A stretch of DNA of 64,000 nt. Origin: Candidatus Latescibacterota bacterium. Lineage in GTDB: Bacteria; Latescibacterota; UBA2968; UBA8231. The translations under genes and the position numbers were made by a program. Where the stretch lies: assembly GCA_965248265.1 (NCBI GenBank), contig CBDFJF010000002.1, positions 1,440,001 through 1,504,000 of the forward strand, written 5' to 3'. Below the pieces are notes generated by a model, which did not search any database, was not told where the DNA came from, and saw only the letters and a list, made by a program, of their open reading frames with translations. This document shows positions 20,006 through 29,513 of the stretch, piece by piece. Each line of letters starts with the position of its first letter. Within the stretch, counting starts at the first letter, position 1.

Positions 20006-20737
20006 ATGAACATAATCCTGATCGGTTGCGAGTTCGCGGGCAAGACGACGCTGGCAGCCGAGATCGTCAAGTGGTCCGAAGAGACCATGGGGTTCAGCAG
20101 CCCCTTCCACGACCACTTCACGATTCCCAATGCGGAGCTGTCCGCAGAGGCGGGTGCCAGCTACGAGGCCGTCCACCCCCAGGTCAAGGAGATGTTCCAG
20201 CGCTTCATGATCTCCTATCACCTGTCCGCCGGGTTCTACAGCCAGCACGACCACAATCTCATGGGGGCCCACATCGAAGAAGCGGTCTATGCGCCACTCT
20301 ACTACGGCTACGGTGGGCCCAACACGGGTTCGCCGATCCGCAGCCCGGAGGGTCAGAGAACTAAGATGGCCCGGCACATGGAGGAGGAGATTCTCGAGAA
20401 GGCGCCCAACACGATCCTGGTGCTGATGAAAGCGACGCCGGAGGTAATTCGAGCACGGATGTCGGCGAACACGTTCGCCGACGCAGCGACCGTCGAGCGC
20501 CAGAAGAAGTCGAAGCTGTTCGGAGAGCCCACCCGGGGTGTCGTGCAGGACAAAGATGTCGAGCACGTCCTGGCCCGATTCGAAGAGGAGTTCGAAACAA
20601 GCCTGATCAAAAACAAACGCGTCCTCGACACCACCAGCGCCACGCTCGAGGAGACGATGGCCGAGTTCGTCGAGGGGGTCACGCCGCTGCTGTCCGACGC
20701 CGACAGAGAGCGCATGGCGCAGCACAAAGGCACTTGA
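20006..20737 (+). CDS. P-loop NTPase, nucleoside monophosphate kinase-like
   Basis: Walker A variant GCEFAGKTT; LVLMKATPEVIRARM; LDTT; GAGGGGAG RBS. Confidence 0.7.
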   Translation: MNIILIGCEFAGKTTLAAEIVKWSEETMGFSSPFHDHFTIPNAELSAEAGASYEAVHPQVKEMFQRFMISYHLSAGFYSQHDHNLMGAHIEEAVYAPLYYGYGGPNTGSPIRSPEGQRTKMARHMEEEILEKAPNTILVLMKATPEVIRARMSANTFADAATVERQKKSKLFGEPTRGVVQDKDVEHVLARFEEEFETSLIKNKRVLDTTSATLEETMAEFVEGVTPLLSDADRERMAQHKGT

Positions 20738-20812
20738 AGTACGCCATGCGAGGTCACGCAGCACGGCCTTGAGATCAGCCGCGGCTTTCACGCGATCCCG
20801 AGCAGCGCTGTA

Positions 20813-20954
20813 ATGGCAGCAGACCAGCTGTTCGTCGTCAGCACCCTCACCGATTCCGACGGCATGCTACGTCTATCGGATCGCCGACGGGGATAGACAT
20901 CTGGAGCTGGTGCGGCAGTACGGGGAAATCAGCAATCCGTTCTTCATCGACCTT
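20813..20954 (+). pseudogene. Frameshifted 5' remnant of a lactonase (pgl paralogue)
   Basis: MAADQLFVVSTLTDSDG / YVYRIADGDRHLELVRQYGEISNPFFIDL aligns with the N-terminus of the 1382 protein after a 1-nt shift near 20867. Confidence 0.75.
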
Positions 20955-21319
20955 CAGCGAAATAGACGATCTCCCGCGCCCCGTCGGGCAGGATGCTTCC
21001 CATGTAAGGCCGTCGTCCTGCGAACGCACGGCAGAGCCGGCGCAGAAGGCCGCCCAAATGGTGGAACCGCTCAGCGACAGGCCGAAAAACAGGCGTTCTG
21101 AATAGCAGCTTGCGGCCCCCGTTCGAATCTGGGTCGAGCAGGATCGAAGATGGTTTCGTTGGGTATGTAGTGCCAGTTGGCCCCGCCGGTGAGGGAAAAA
21201 CTCAGTCCATCGCCGGTCTGCTGGGCCTGGCCGGATACTTCCGTATCGAAAAAGGGTGCTGACCCAGATCGTGTCGCCGACCGCCAGGGCCCAACGCTGT
21301 GGAGATGGGAAGGCGGGTG

Positions 21320-21496
21320 CCTCTCGAGTTGGATATCGATGGACTCGCCGAGATCACGCCCTTTGTAGTCGAACTGCGTTACGATTCTGGTTTCTGGCCG
21401 GATCACCACACAGCAGCGGAGGCACTGGCGACGGCAAAGGAGATCTGTTCGCGAGTAGCGAACGCCTTGCCGGGAGAAGCATGTCCCTCATGCTAG
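21320..21496 (+). pseudogene. C-terminal remnant of a HEPN-domain protein
   Basis: LAEITPFVVELRYD...TAAEALATAKEI resembles the HEPN C-terminal pattern; no proper 5' half. Confidence 0.55.
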
Positions 21497-21509
21497 TTGG
21501 AGTCGCGAA

Positions 21510-22214
21510 ATGAGAATAGGCATCGTCGGCGTGCACTACGGCCACATCGGCGGCATGGTGAGCTCGGCGCGCCATGCGTCGAACGCCGAGATCGTCGGCA
21601 TCGTGGAAGAGGACGACGCGCTCTATGAGCAGTACACGCAGGAATCGACGATCCGTCGATACGGATCGCTGACCGAGATGCTGGCGGAGGCCAGGCCGGA
21701 CGTCGTTTTGGAGGGACTCGCGCACCACGAGAAAGTGGATGCGATCGAGGCGTGCGCTGCTGCCGGCGTCCACGTGTTTCTGGACAAACCGCTGTGCCGG
21801 ACCATGGAAGAATGGCACCGGATCCGCCGGACGGTCGAAACGTCGGAAATCAAGCTCACTATGTTCTTCACCTCCCGTTTTCACCGTCCGTTCATGGCGC
21901 TGAGAGAGGCTGTCCTGGCGGGCGAGCTCGGAGAGATCGTCAGCCTGATCTCGACGCACCCACACAAGCTCGGCGGGTGGGCGCCTGAGTGGTACTTCGA
22001 TCCGAACCAGTATGTGGGCACCTTCAGCGACGTCGCCTGCCACGGAGTCGACCAGGTGCGATGGCTCACCGGCGCCGAGTGCGTCGGCGTTCACGCTTAC
22101 GGTACTTGCAAGAAGCACACAGGTGCGAACCGATTCGAGATGGATCATGTGCATCTTCTCTCGTATTTTTTCGCGAGAAAGTCAAAGCAACCGAGCTGGT
22201 CGGTGCCTCCCTGA
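21510..22214 (+). pseudogene. Gfo/Idh/MocA oxidoreductase, 3'-truncated
   Basis: MRIGIVG, HVFLDKP, GTFSDVACHGVD; similarity stops near 22150, short for the family. Confidence 0.7.
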
Positions 22215-22252
22215 TCGTAGCCGCTCTGGTTGTGCTCCTGCTATGGGCATAA
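22151..22252 (+). pseudogene. C-terminal remnant of an EamA/DMT transporter
   Basis: ASSLVFFREKVKATELVGASLIVAALVVLLLWA* matches the typical last helix of a DMT protein. Confidence 0.6.
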
Positions 22253-22641
22253 TCTCATGCGTAATCGCACTATCAGTGCGATGCTCGTAGAAGTACCGGT
22301 TTGGTCGTCCACCCTGTCGTCATCGTGAGCATCGTCAGCTGTGTTCATTGAATCATCCTGCTGTGTATGTTGCTTTGCCTTCAATTTCCAACAAAGCCCG
22401 GAATGACCGATGTTGGTCTGATTGAGGTCCACCAGGTGCCGCAAACGGGGTTAGCGAGAACGGAAAGCGGAGAGCTGAGACGTGCATAAGCCGGGCCTCC
22501 AAGCGCACCACGTTTGCATCCGGCGCTGCACCGAGCGTTTTCTGCTTGCGTGTATTCTGCAGCAGTTTATGGGGTGTTTTGTGGGCAAGTCCGATTTTGG
22601 AAAATCCCTAGCTTGTTGTGAGAGAAAAGAGTAACTCTTGA

Positions 22642-23220
22642 ATGAAGACAGTACCATACCTGCACGAGATCCTGGGCGAGGGTTTCCGTCTGGATCACGA
22701 TCTGGGGATTATCACGATGCGCAAGGGTGCCGAGGGCTTTGCCCTGCACGGGGGGTGTTCACAATCCGGTTTCGACCGTCACCAGTACTACATCTTCAAA
22801 GACGGAAAGATGCACAACGGTCTGACCGTGGCTGCCTACCAACTGGTCGACGTCAATGAAGGCGACGGTGGCTTCTGCCTGGTACCGGGTAGTCACAAGG
22901 GCAACTACGCCTGCCCCGACTCGCTGCGCCGCTTCGAGCGCTACCGTGAATTCGTCAAGCCGGTCCCCTGTAAGGCAGGCGACCGTATCATCTTCACTGA
23001 GGCCGCCGTCCACGGCACCCTGCCCTGGACCTCCGACCGCGATCGCCGCACCGCGCTCTTCCGATTCTCGCCCGGCAACCTGGCCTACATGCCTCACGCC
23101 TGGTCCGAAGAGATGCTGGCACTGCTGACGGACGAGCAGCGCAAGGTACTCGAACCTCCATACCACGTGCGTATGGGTAGACCGGTCCTGGGATCAGAAC
23201 CCGAGTATGGGAGCTGTTAG
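22642..23220 (+). pseudogene. PhyH-family dioxygenase, apparently 5'-truncated
   Basis: LHGG, DGGFCLVPGSHK, KAGD..FTEAAVHGTLPW; lacks the usual N-terminal F..GYLV segment. Confidence 0.65.
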
Positions 23221-23255
23221 ACCAACAGCCAAACAAGGTGGCGGTGCAGGTTCGG

Positions 23256-24137
23256 CTACAACCTGCCATTGCCCCAGCGGCGTGGACTGATGCCGGCCGC
23301 ATCACGTGCCATGTTATCCGGCCGGTTGGGCAGATCGAACTCGATGTCCCTGGTATTCAAACTGCGGAAGAATGGTTTGATCTTCTCGGGCAGCCTGGCG
23401 ATTTGCTCCGAATCGTAGTCTTCCACGTCGTCGATCGGGCCCGCCCACGCCGGGCGGTAAGCGATAGCGAGCATCCGTCGCTGGCGGTTGCTGTGGTTGG
23501 GGAAATTGCCGTGGAAGACCTTCTGGTTGATGATGGCGGCGGAACCCGCTTTGCAGGTGACCATGAGCTCGTCGGGATGGCTTAGAATCCGGCCGTAAGG
23601 ACTTCCGTCGCGGTGCATGGAAAGGTGTGAGCGCGGAATCACTTTGAAGGGCGAGCAGTCCGGGGTCAGGTCGTCGAGGTAATAGAGGACACGGGCGAGG
23701 ATGGGGGAGCTCGACTGCACCCCGAAGATCTTCGAGCCGTAGGGCTGCGAATCGGTGTGAATGGCGATCCCTGGATGACCCGGGTCGGAAGTCCCAAGGC
23801 CGATCGAGGTGCAGATCAACTCGTCGCCGAACAGGTCGCTCAGAAACTGGACGATCGGGGGATGGGCGACCAGGTCGGTGGCCACCGGGCAGTCCTTCCT
23901 CCAGATGTCCGAACACCCCTTCTTGTGCTCCGAATAATCCGTCGCCGTCAGCGGCAGACGAGAGAACTCGTCGTGGAGCGCGGAGATCACGTCGGTCGTC
24001 AGCAAGTCCGGAATGACCAGAAAGCCCTCCAACTCGATCGATCGAATCTGCTGCTGCCGGGTCAGGCTGGCCCAATCGGTGTCGTCCCGCCTGGCGTTGG
24101 CGATCTCTTCCTTCGAATTCGTGAATGAAGTATCCAT
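23256..24137 (-). CDS. Phytanoyl-CoA dioxygenase (PhyH) family protein
   Basis: EGFLVIPDLL, HTD, IPRSH, FHGNFPN, RRML. Confidence 0.88.
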   Translation of the reverse strand: MDTSFTNSKEEIANARRDDTDWASLTRQQQIRSIELEGFLVIPDLLTTDVISALHDEFSRLPLTATDYSEHKKGCSDIWRKDCPVATDLVAHPPIVQFLSDLFGDELICTSIGLGTSDPGHPGIAIHTDSQPYGSKIFGVQSSSPILARVLYYLDDLTPDCSPFKVIPRSHLSMHRDGSPYGRILSHPDELMVTCKAGSAAIINQKVFHGNFPNHSNRQRRMLAIAYRPAWAGPIDDVEDYDSEQIARLPEKIKPFFRSLNTRDIEFDLPNRPDNMARDAAGISPRRWGNGRL

Positions 24138-24153
24138 GGTTCCCTTTCTCCTC

Positions 24154-25008
24154 TCAACGATCCATAAAGCCTTCCAACATGCGTGCCCGCTTCTCAGAGG
24201 TAGGTTCCTGTGACGCCCGCACATCGTGCTCGGTGACCGTCAGATGGGTCTGCACTTGCTGTTGGGCCCGCACAAATGGCTCGGCATACGCCACCTTGGC
24301 GTGCCAACCGAATTGGCCGCCGCCGATTTCGAGCCGCTTCTGGGCGAACTCCTCAGTGTGTCCCTGGGTTTCAAACATCTTTTCCGCCTTTATGCGGTTG
24401 TCCATTTGATCCGAAATGTCGACGGACACGTGAATGTCGTAGTAAGCGAATTCCACGCCCATGAAGTAGGTCGTGGCGACGTTGTGTGGGGCTCGTTTTC
24501 CTTGAACGTCTGGTTTGGCACAACGCTCCTGCGCTCGGTAGATGGCGATGCCGGCGTTGGTATGGTCATTGAGCCATGTGGCGGCTGCCCCCGGCCATCT
24601 GGAATAGGGCGCGTGGGTCAACAACACCTGCGGCCTTACATCATAGATGACTTCGGCGAGAACTTCCACCAGTTCGTCGGTGATCTTCAGCGGCAGATCT
24701 TCGAAGGGCAACGTGCGCACGTCACTGATGCCGAAAAGGGCACACGCCTTCGTCATCTCATGGGCCTTGTCAGCCGTGTACGACTCCGCGGTCTGTGCCA
24801 GGATGGCCGGGTCGCGTTGCTCCGGCGGTTTGCGCAATTCGTCCAGGAGCGGCTCGTTGTGCATGGTTGTGCCCCCGGTGACCGCGACCACGGAAACCGA
24901 GTCCCCGCGCTGAACATGATGGGCGCACGTCCCCGCCATGTGGGTGATGTCGTGCGGGTGAGCGACCACGACCAGCAGTCGCAGGGGTTCAGCGTAGTGC
25001 GTCATCAT
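24154..25008 (-). CDS. PIG-L/LmbE family deacetylase
   Basis: VVAHPHD, GT.AHH...GD.V, NDHTNAG, VDISD, FETQ. Confidence 0.82.
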   Translation of the reverse strand: MMTHYAEPLRLLVVVAHPHDITHMAGTCAHHVQRGDSVSVVAVTGGTTMHNEPLLDELRKPPEQRDPAILAQTAESYTADKAHEMTKACALFGISDVRTLPFEDLPLKITDELVEVLAEVIYDVRPQVLLTHAPYSRWPGAAATWLNDHTNAGIAIYRAQERCAKPDVQGKRAPHNVATTYFMGVEFAYYDIHVSVDISDQMDNRIKAEKMFETQGHTEEFAQKRLEIGGGQFGWHAKVAYAEPFVRAQQQVQTHLTVTEHDVRASQEPTSEKRARMLEGFMDR

Positions 25009-25017
25009 CGTACTCCT

Positions 25018-26007
25018 CTATGAGCGGCCCGACTCGGCTGTCTCCGGACCGCGACCATCCGTTTCGTGTTCCATTTGCCAACCAGGCAAAGTGACGGACT
25101 GCTGCGGTTCCACCAGCTTGCCGTACAATTCGGGCCGGCGGGCTTTCAGGTATCGATAACCAGACGACTGCGCGATCTTCTCGGGTGTCAATGTACCCAC
25201 GACAACGTCGTCCTCCAATACGTCGCTCTCCACCAGAATTTCCCCAAACGGATCGATGATCATTGCCAAGCCCGGCTTGACCGTGTCATAATCCCAGCCG
25301 ATCGGGTTGCTGAACACGGCGTAGATGCCATTCTCGTACGCCCTCGTGGGAAGCCAGCGCATCAGCCACTCTCTCCCTTTGGGGCCACGGAACTCCTGGC
25401 GCAGGCGCACCGGATCCTGATGCCGGTTGTCCCAGAGCTGGCGATCGACGGTGCCTCGTCCCGGCATGAGGGATGGCAGACAGCCGGTCACGTGGGGCAT
25501 GAAGACGATTTCCGCCCCCATCATGGCGGTGATGCGGACGTTCTCAGGCAGGTTGTTGTCGTAGCAGATCAAGAAACCCACCTTGCACCCAAGCAGGTCG
25601 ATGATGTTGTATTCGCTGCCGGGGGACAGGTGAGGGTTCACGAAGGTGTGCAGTTTGCGAAACTTGGTAAGGTAGCCATCGGGACTGACGGTCACGTAAC
25701 AGTTGTAGATCCGTCCGTCGTCGCGCTCAAGCAGTCCGGCCATCACTACGGTGCTGAATTCGCTCGCGATCTTGATGAGCTCTCTCACCGATGGTCCATC
25801 CGGAACGGGTTCGGCCACCTGGAGAAGATCCGCCTTATCCAGTGGTTGGACCCACGAGTACCCGGGTACGCAGACCTCGTGGAAGCTGACGATCTCGGCT
25901 CCCTGGTCGACCGCCTTGCGCGTCAGTTCGCGAATGCGCGACAGATTGTAGGCCTTGTCATTATCGCGATTCTCAAACTGCGCAGATGCAACCCGTATCT
26001 CTCTCAT
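25018..26007 (-). CDS. Nitrilase-family amidohydrolase
   Basis: FHEVCVPGY, FRKLH, ICYDNN triad; ARRPELY. Confidence 0.9.
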   Translation of the reverse strand: MREIRVASAQFENRDNDKAYNLSRIRELTRKAVDQGAEIVSFHEVCVPGYSWVQPLDKADLLQVAEPVPDGPSVRELIKIASEFSTVVMAGLLERDDGRIYNCYVTVSPDGYLTKFRKLHTFVNPHLSPGSEYNIIDLLGCKVGFLICYDNNLPENVRITAMMGAEIVFMPHVTGCLPSLMPGRGTVDRQLWDNRHQDPVRLRQEFRGPKGREWLMRWLPTRAYENGIYAVFSNPIGWDYDTVKPGLAMIIDPFGEILVESDVLEDDVVVGTLTPEKIAQSSGYRYLKARRPELYGKLVEPQQSVTLPGWQMEHETDGRGPETAESGRS

Positions 26008-26292
26008 GATTGCTGCTCCATGGCTCCATCAGTTTACCGAAGCACTCCGAACCGTGCCAGAGGGCAACATACCGCATCCGTGGGCACCGACAAATCCCGC
26101 ACACCAGTCGAGTCGGGCATGGCCGTGGCTGCAACACTCGACGAAGTTCCCATTCCAGGCGTCGGGCTCGCTCGTGATGAAAACCGGATTGGGAGCAGGG
26201 ATGTAGATGAATCGGCGAGTTTGCCGCCGAATGCCTACCTTCCGTCCACTACCCAGCGGAACCCAGTCAAATAAACTCAGGAGATCAACGAC

Positions 26293-27348
26293 ATGAGCGC
26301 AGACACGATTCGCATCGGATTCATCGGAGCCGGCTCCATTTCGCGAAGTAAACACCTGCCTGGCCTGGCGGCCATTGACAACGTGGACCTGGTTGCCGTG
26401 TGCAACCGAAGTCGCGAGAGTTCGCAGGCGGTAGCCAGTGAGTTCAGCTTTTCGGCTACCGAAGACGACTGGCAAACCCTGATCGGCCGGGAGGACATCG
26501 ATGCCGTCTTCATCGGCACCTGGCCCTACATGCACAAGGAGATGTCGACGGCCGTGCTGGAGGGCGGGAAGCACTGCTTCTGCCAGGCCCGCATGTGCAT
26601 GAATCTGACCGAGGCCAAACCGATGCTGGCTGCCGCACAGGCTCATCCGGATCTCGTCAACATGATCAGTCCCGCTCCCCATCCACTCGAGCATTACCTG
26701 CGCGACGTCGTGCACTCGGGGCGCCTGGGACAGATCACCTCCGTGGAGCTGCGTGTCATCGGCAGCGGCAACCTGGATCGAACCAGCGTGACCTGGCGCG
26801 AGCGAGTCGAGTTCAGCGGCAATCAAATTATGTACATGGGTATCTACGCAGAGATGCTGAATGCGATCGTCGGCCCCTACGAAACCTTATCAGCCAGTCT
26901 TTCGACGCCTATTGCCGAAAAAACAGATGAGAACGGTGAGCAGGTGCAGATCGCCATTCCACAGGTTGTTGCCATCAGCGGACGACTGCAGAGCGGAGCC
27001 CTTGCGGTCGAGCACCACAGCGGTGTCAACGCGGACCAGACCAGCGGCGGATCGAGCCTGACGATTCGCGGTCTGGAAGGGACCGCGATCTACGATCTGG
27101 GAGATAGCCTTCAGATCGGAGCCGCGGGCGAGCCGATGAGTGTGGTCGATGTGCCTGCCGAGCGCCGGACCGAGTGGACGGTGGAGGAGGACTTCATCGG
27201 CGCCGTGCGGGCGGCACGGGCAGGAAGATCGCCCGAGGAACGGCCGGTGCGGCCGGATTTCGCAGAGGGGGTTCTGTACATGCGCAAGGTAGAGGCCGTG
27301 CACCAGTCGGCGCGGACCGGTCAGGCAGTGGAGCCTGCCAAGCTGTAG
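26293..27348 (+). CDS. Gfo/Idh/MocA oxidoreductase
   Basis: IGFIGAG, IDAVFIGTWPYMH, KHCFCQARM; AGGAG RBS. Confidence 0.85.
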   Translation: MSADTIRIGFIGAGSISRSKHLPGLAAIDNVDLVAVCNRSRESSQAVASEFSFSATEDDWQTLIGREDIDAVFIGTWPYMHKEMSTAVLEGGKHCFCQARMCMNLTEAKPMLAAAQAHPDLVNMISPAPHPLEHYLRDVVHSGRLGQITSVELRVIGSGNLDRTSVTWRERVEFSGNQIMYMGIYAEMLNAIVGPYETLSASLSTPIAEKTDENGEQVQIAIPQVVAISGRLQSGALAVEHHSGVNADQTSGGSSLTIRGLEGTAIYDLGDSLQIGAAGEPMSVVDVPAERRTEWTVEEDFIGAVRAARAGRSPEERPVRPDFAEGVLYMRKVEAVHQSARTGQAVEPAKL

Positions 27349-27499
27349 CCTCGCGCTCAATCATGTCGAGGATTCTCCGCATGGTACCGACATTGCTGTT
27401 TAAAGCCGGCTCCCGTTGATGCTGATCTCTTCTGTCTGTGCTATATATTCGGTAGTGACGAAGTGGTAACCCTGTTAGCCGTAGACGCTGGAGACGATC

Positions 27500-28198
27500 A
27501 TGACCGAGATACGTTCAAGCACTGGAAGTCAACCTGTAGCTTACCTGGATGTCGAGAGTCGCGCGACGTTTGTCGTGCAGACCTACCTGCATCTTCTAGG
27601 CTCGATTTGTGCCTTCGCCGCAATCGAGATCTTTTTCTTCAAGAGCGGCATGGCCGAACCGATGGCTGTCGCCATGCTCGGCACGAACTGGCTCTTCGTT
27701 TTGGGTGCATTCATGATCGTCGGTTGGTTTGCCAGCAGCGCTTCCCACCGCGCGACTTCAATGCTGACCCAGTATGGTGCGCTGATTCTGTTCGTCGCCG
27801 CCGAAGCCGTCATTTTCGTGCCCATGCTGTTCATGGCCCAGTACTATGCACCAGGAGTTATCGAGAGCGCTGCGACTGTGACCCTGGTTGGCTTTGCCGG
27901 TCTGACCCTGGTCGCCTTCGTGTCCAGAAAGGACTTCAGCTTTCTGGGAAGTGTACTGCGCTGGGGTTTCATCGTTGCCCTCGTCCTCATCGCCGCGAGC
28001 GTCCTTTTCGGTTTCAACCTGGGAACGTTCTTCTCCGTCGCCATGATCGCCCTTGCCGGGGGAGCTATCCTCTACAAGACGTCGGGGATACTGCATCACT
28101 ACACTCAGGATCGCCACGTCGCCGCTAGCCTGGAGTTGTTCTCATCTGTCGCACTGCTTTTCTGGTATGTCTTGCGACTATTCATGTCCCGGCGCTGA
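27500..28198 (+). CDS. Bax inhibitor-1/YccA family membrane protein
   Basis: About 7 TM segments; TYLHL, RKDFSFLG, ASLELFSSVALLFWYVLR. Confidence 0.85.
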   Translation: MTEIRSSTGSQPVAYLDVESRATFVVQTYLHLLGSICAFAAIEIFFFKSGMAEPMAVAMLGTNWLFVLGAFMIVGWFASSASHRATSMLTQYGALILFVAAEAVIFVPMLFMAQYYAPGVIESAATVTLVGFAGLTLVAFVSRKDFSFLGSVLRWGFIVALVLIAASVLFGFNLGTFFSVAMIALAGGAILYKTSGILHHYTQDRHVAASLELFSSVALLFWYVLRLFMSRR

Positions 28199-28319
28199 CG
28201 ATTCGGGACAGAGACCATGAGCGAAAACCCACGATCGAGTGTGGCTCTGGTTCAACCAGGGTTTCCATGCAGTGTTAACCCACCTTGACGTTGCCGGCAG
28301 ATCTGCCTAGCATCAAAGC

Positions 28320-29411
28320 ATGACGGACACCTTGAAAGAAGCCGGACCGGACGCCACCCGCGGCGTCGACGACGGAACGCAGACCCGGGACGCGCGTGGT
28401 GAGTGGATGCCACGCGTTCTGACCAAGGCTCAACCCTTCGTGTGGCCGATTCAACCAAGAAAACTGCTCCAGTTTCTCCTTGGCTTTCCGGGTTTTCTCT
28501 GGCCTCTTGGGGCGGCGGCCCACTACGGGCTTGCGGCGTTGACGTGGCGCTATCTCCAGCCTGGGGCGGACCAACTGAGCAACTTCAGCCAGCTGAGTCC
28601 CGAATGGATCCTGCCGATGTACGCGCGCAACGTGGCTATGCTGCTGCTGGTCGCCGGCAGCCTGCACATCATTCTGTATCGGCGCCGCATCCAGGGCACC
28701 CGCTTCAAGTACAATGCGCGGTGGCAGAACAGGTCCAAGGCGTTCCTCTTCAACGACCAGGTCAAGGACAATGTGTTCTGGAGTGTCGCCAGCGGCGCCA
28801 CTATATGGACGCTGTACGAAGTCTTCATGCTGTGGGCGTATGGCAACGGCTGGGTACCTTTCGCCACTTGGCGAGATAACCCGGTGTGGTTCTTCGGGTT
28901 GGCCGCGGTCTTGCCGTTCTGGCAGGACCTGCATTTCTACGTCGTGCACCGAATTTCGCACTGGAAACCATTCTACAAAGCGGCACACTACCTGCATCAC
29001 AAGAACACGAATGTCGGACCCTGGTCGGGTCTGTCCATGCATCCGCTAGAGCACATCGTTTACTTCACCCGATGGATCATCCTGTTCCTCGTCCCATCTC
29101 ATCCCATCCACATGTTTTACCTGATGCAGCGTCCCGCACTCAATCCAGCCATCGGGCACACCGGCTTCGATCAGATTATCATGAACAAAGACTCGGAACG
29201 AGGGATGTCTATCGATTCGTTCTTCCACTACCTGCACCACCGCCACTTCGAATGCAACTACGGCACCCCCACGGTGCCGCTGGATCGCTGGTTCGGCTCG
29301 CTCCATGATGGGACTCCGGAGTCGTTCGAACGGATGCGTCGCAAGCGGCGCATGCCGCCGGAGGTTGATGCGAACTCGGATCGCAGCACCTCGGTGGAAG
29401 CTCAGGCATAG
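28320..29411 (+). CDS. Sterol desaturase / fatty acid hydroxylase family protein
   Basis: His boxes HRISH, HYLHH, HYLHH; PWSGLSMHPLE; NYG...DRWFGS. Confidence 0.9.
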   Translation: MTDTLKEAGPDATRGVDDGTQTRDARGEWMPRVLTKAQPFVWPIQPRKLLQFLLGFPGFLWPLGAAAHYGLAALTWRYLQPGADQLSNFSQLSPEWILPMYARNVAMLLLVAGSLHIILYRRRIQGTRFKYNARWQNRSKAFLFNDQVKDNVFWSVASGATIWTLYEVFMLWAYGNGWVPFATWRDNPVWFFGLAAVLPFWQDLHFYVVHRISHWKPFYKAAHYLHHKNTNVGPWSGLSMHPLEHIVYFTRWIILFLVPSHPIHMFYLMQRPALNPAIGHTGFDQIIMNKDSERGMSIDSFFHYLHHRHFECNYGTPTVPLDRWFGSLHDGTPESFERMRRKRRMPPEVDANSDRSTSVEAQA

Positions 29412-29513
29412 CGATCGACCTCCAGCGCAGGCCAGCATTCCTTGCGGGGCCGGCCAGGCCAACGTAGTCTGCTTGCGCAACGGACCCAACATGCCGATTT
29501 GGAGGCAATCCAG

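Noticed and set aside
26130-26215. Minus-strand peptide PNPVFITSEPDAWNGNFVEC resembling a glycosidase propeller blade
   Set aside because: Too short to support without a search; possibly another remnant
25066-26274. 402-aa plus-strand ORF and similar long antisense ORFs
   Set aside because: Shadows of real genes expected in high-GC DNA; no family motifs
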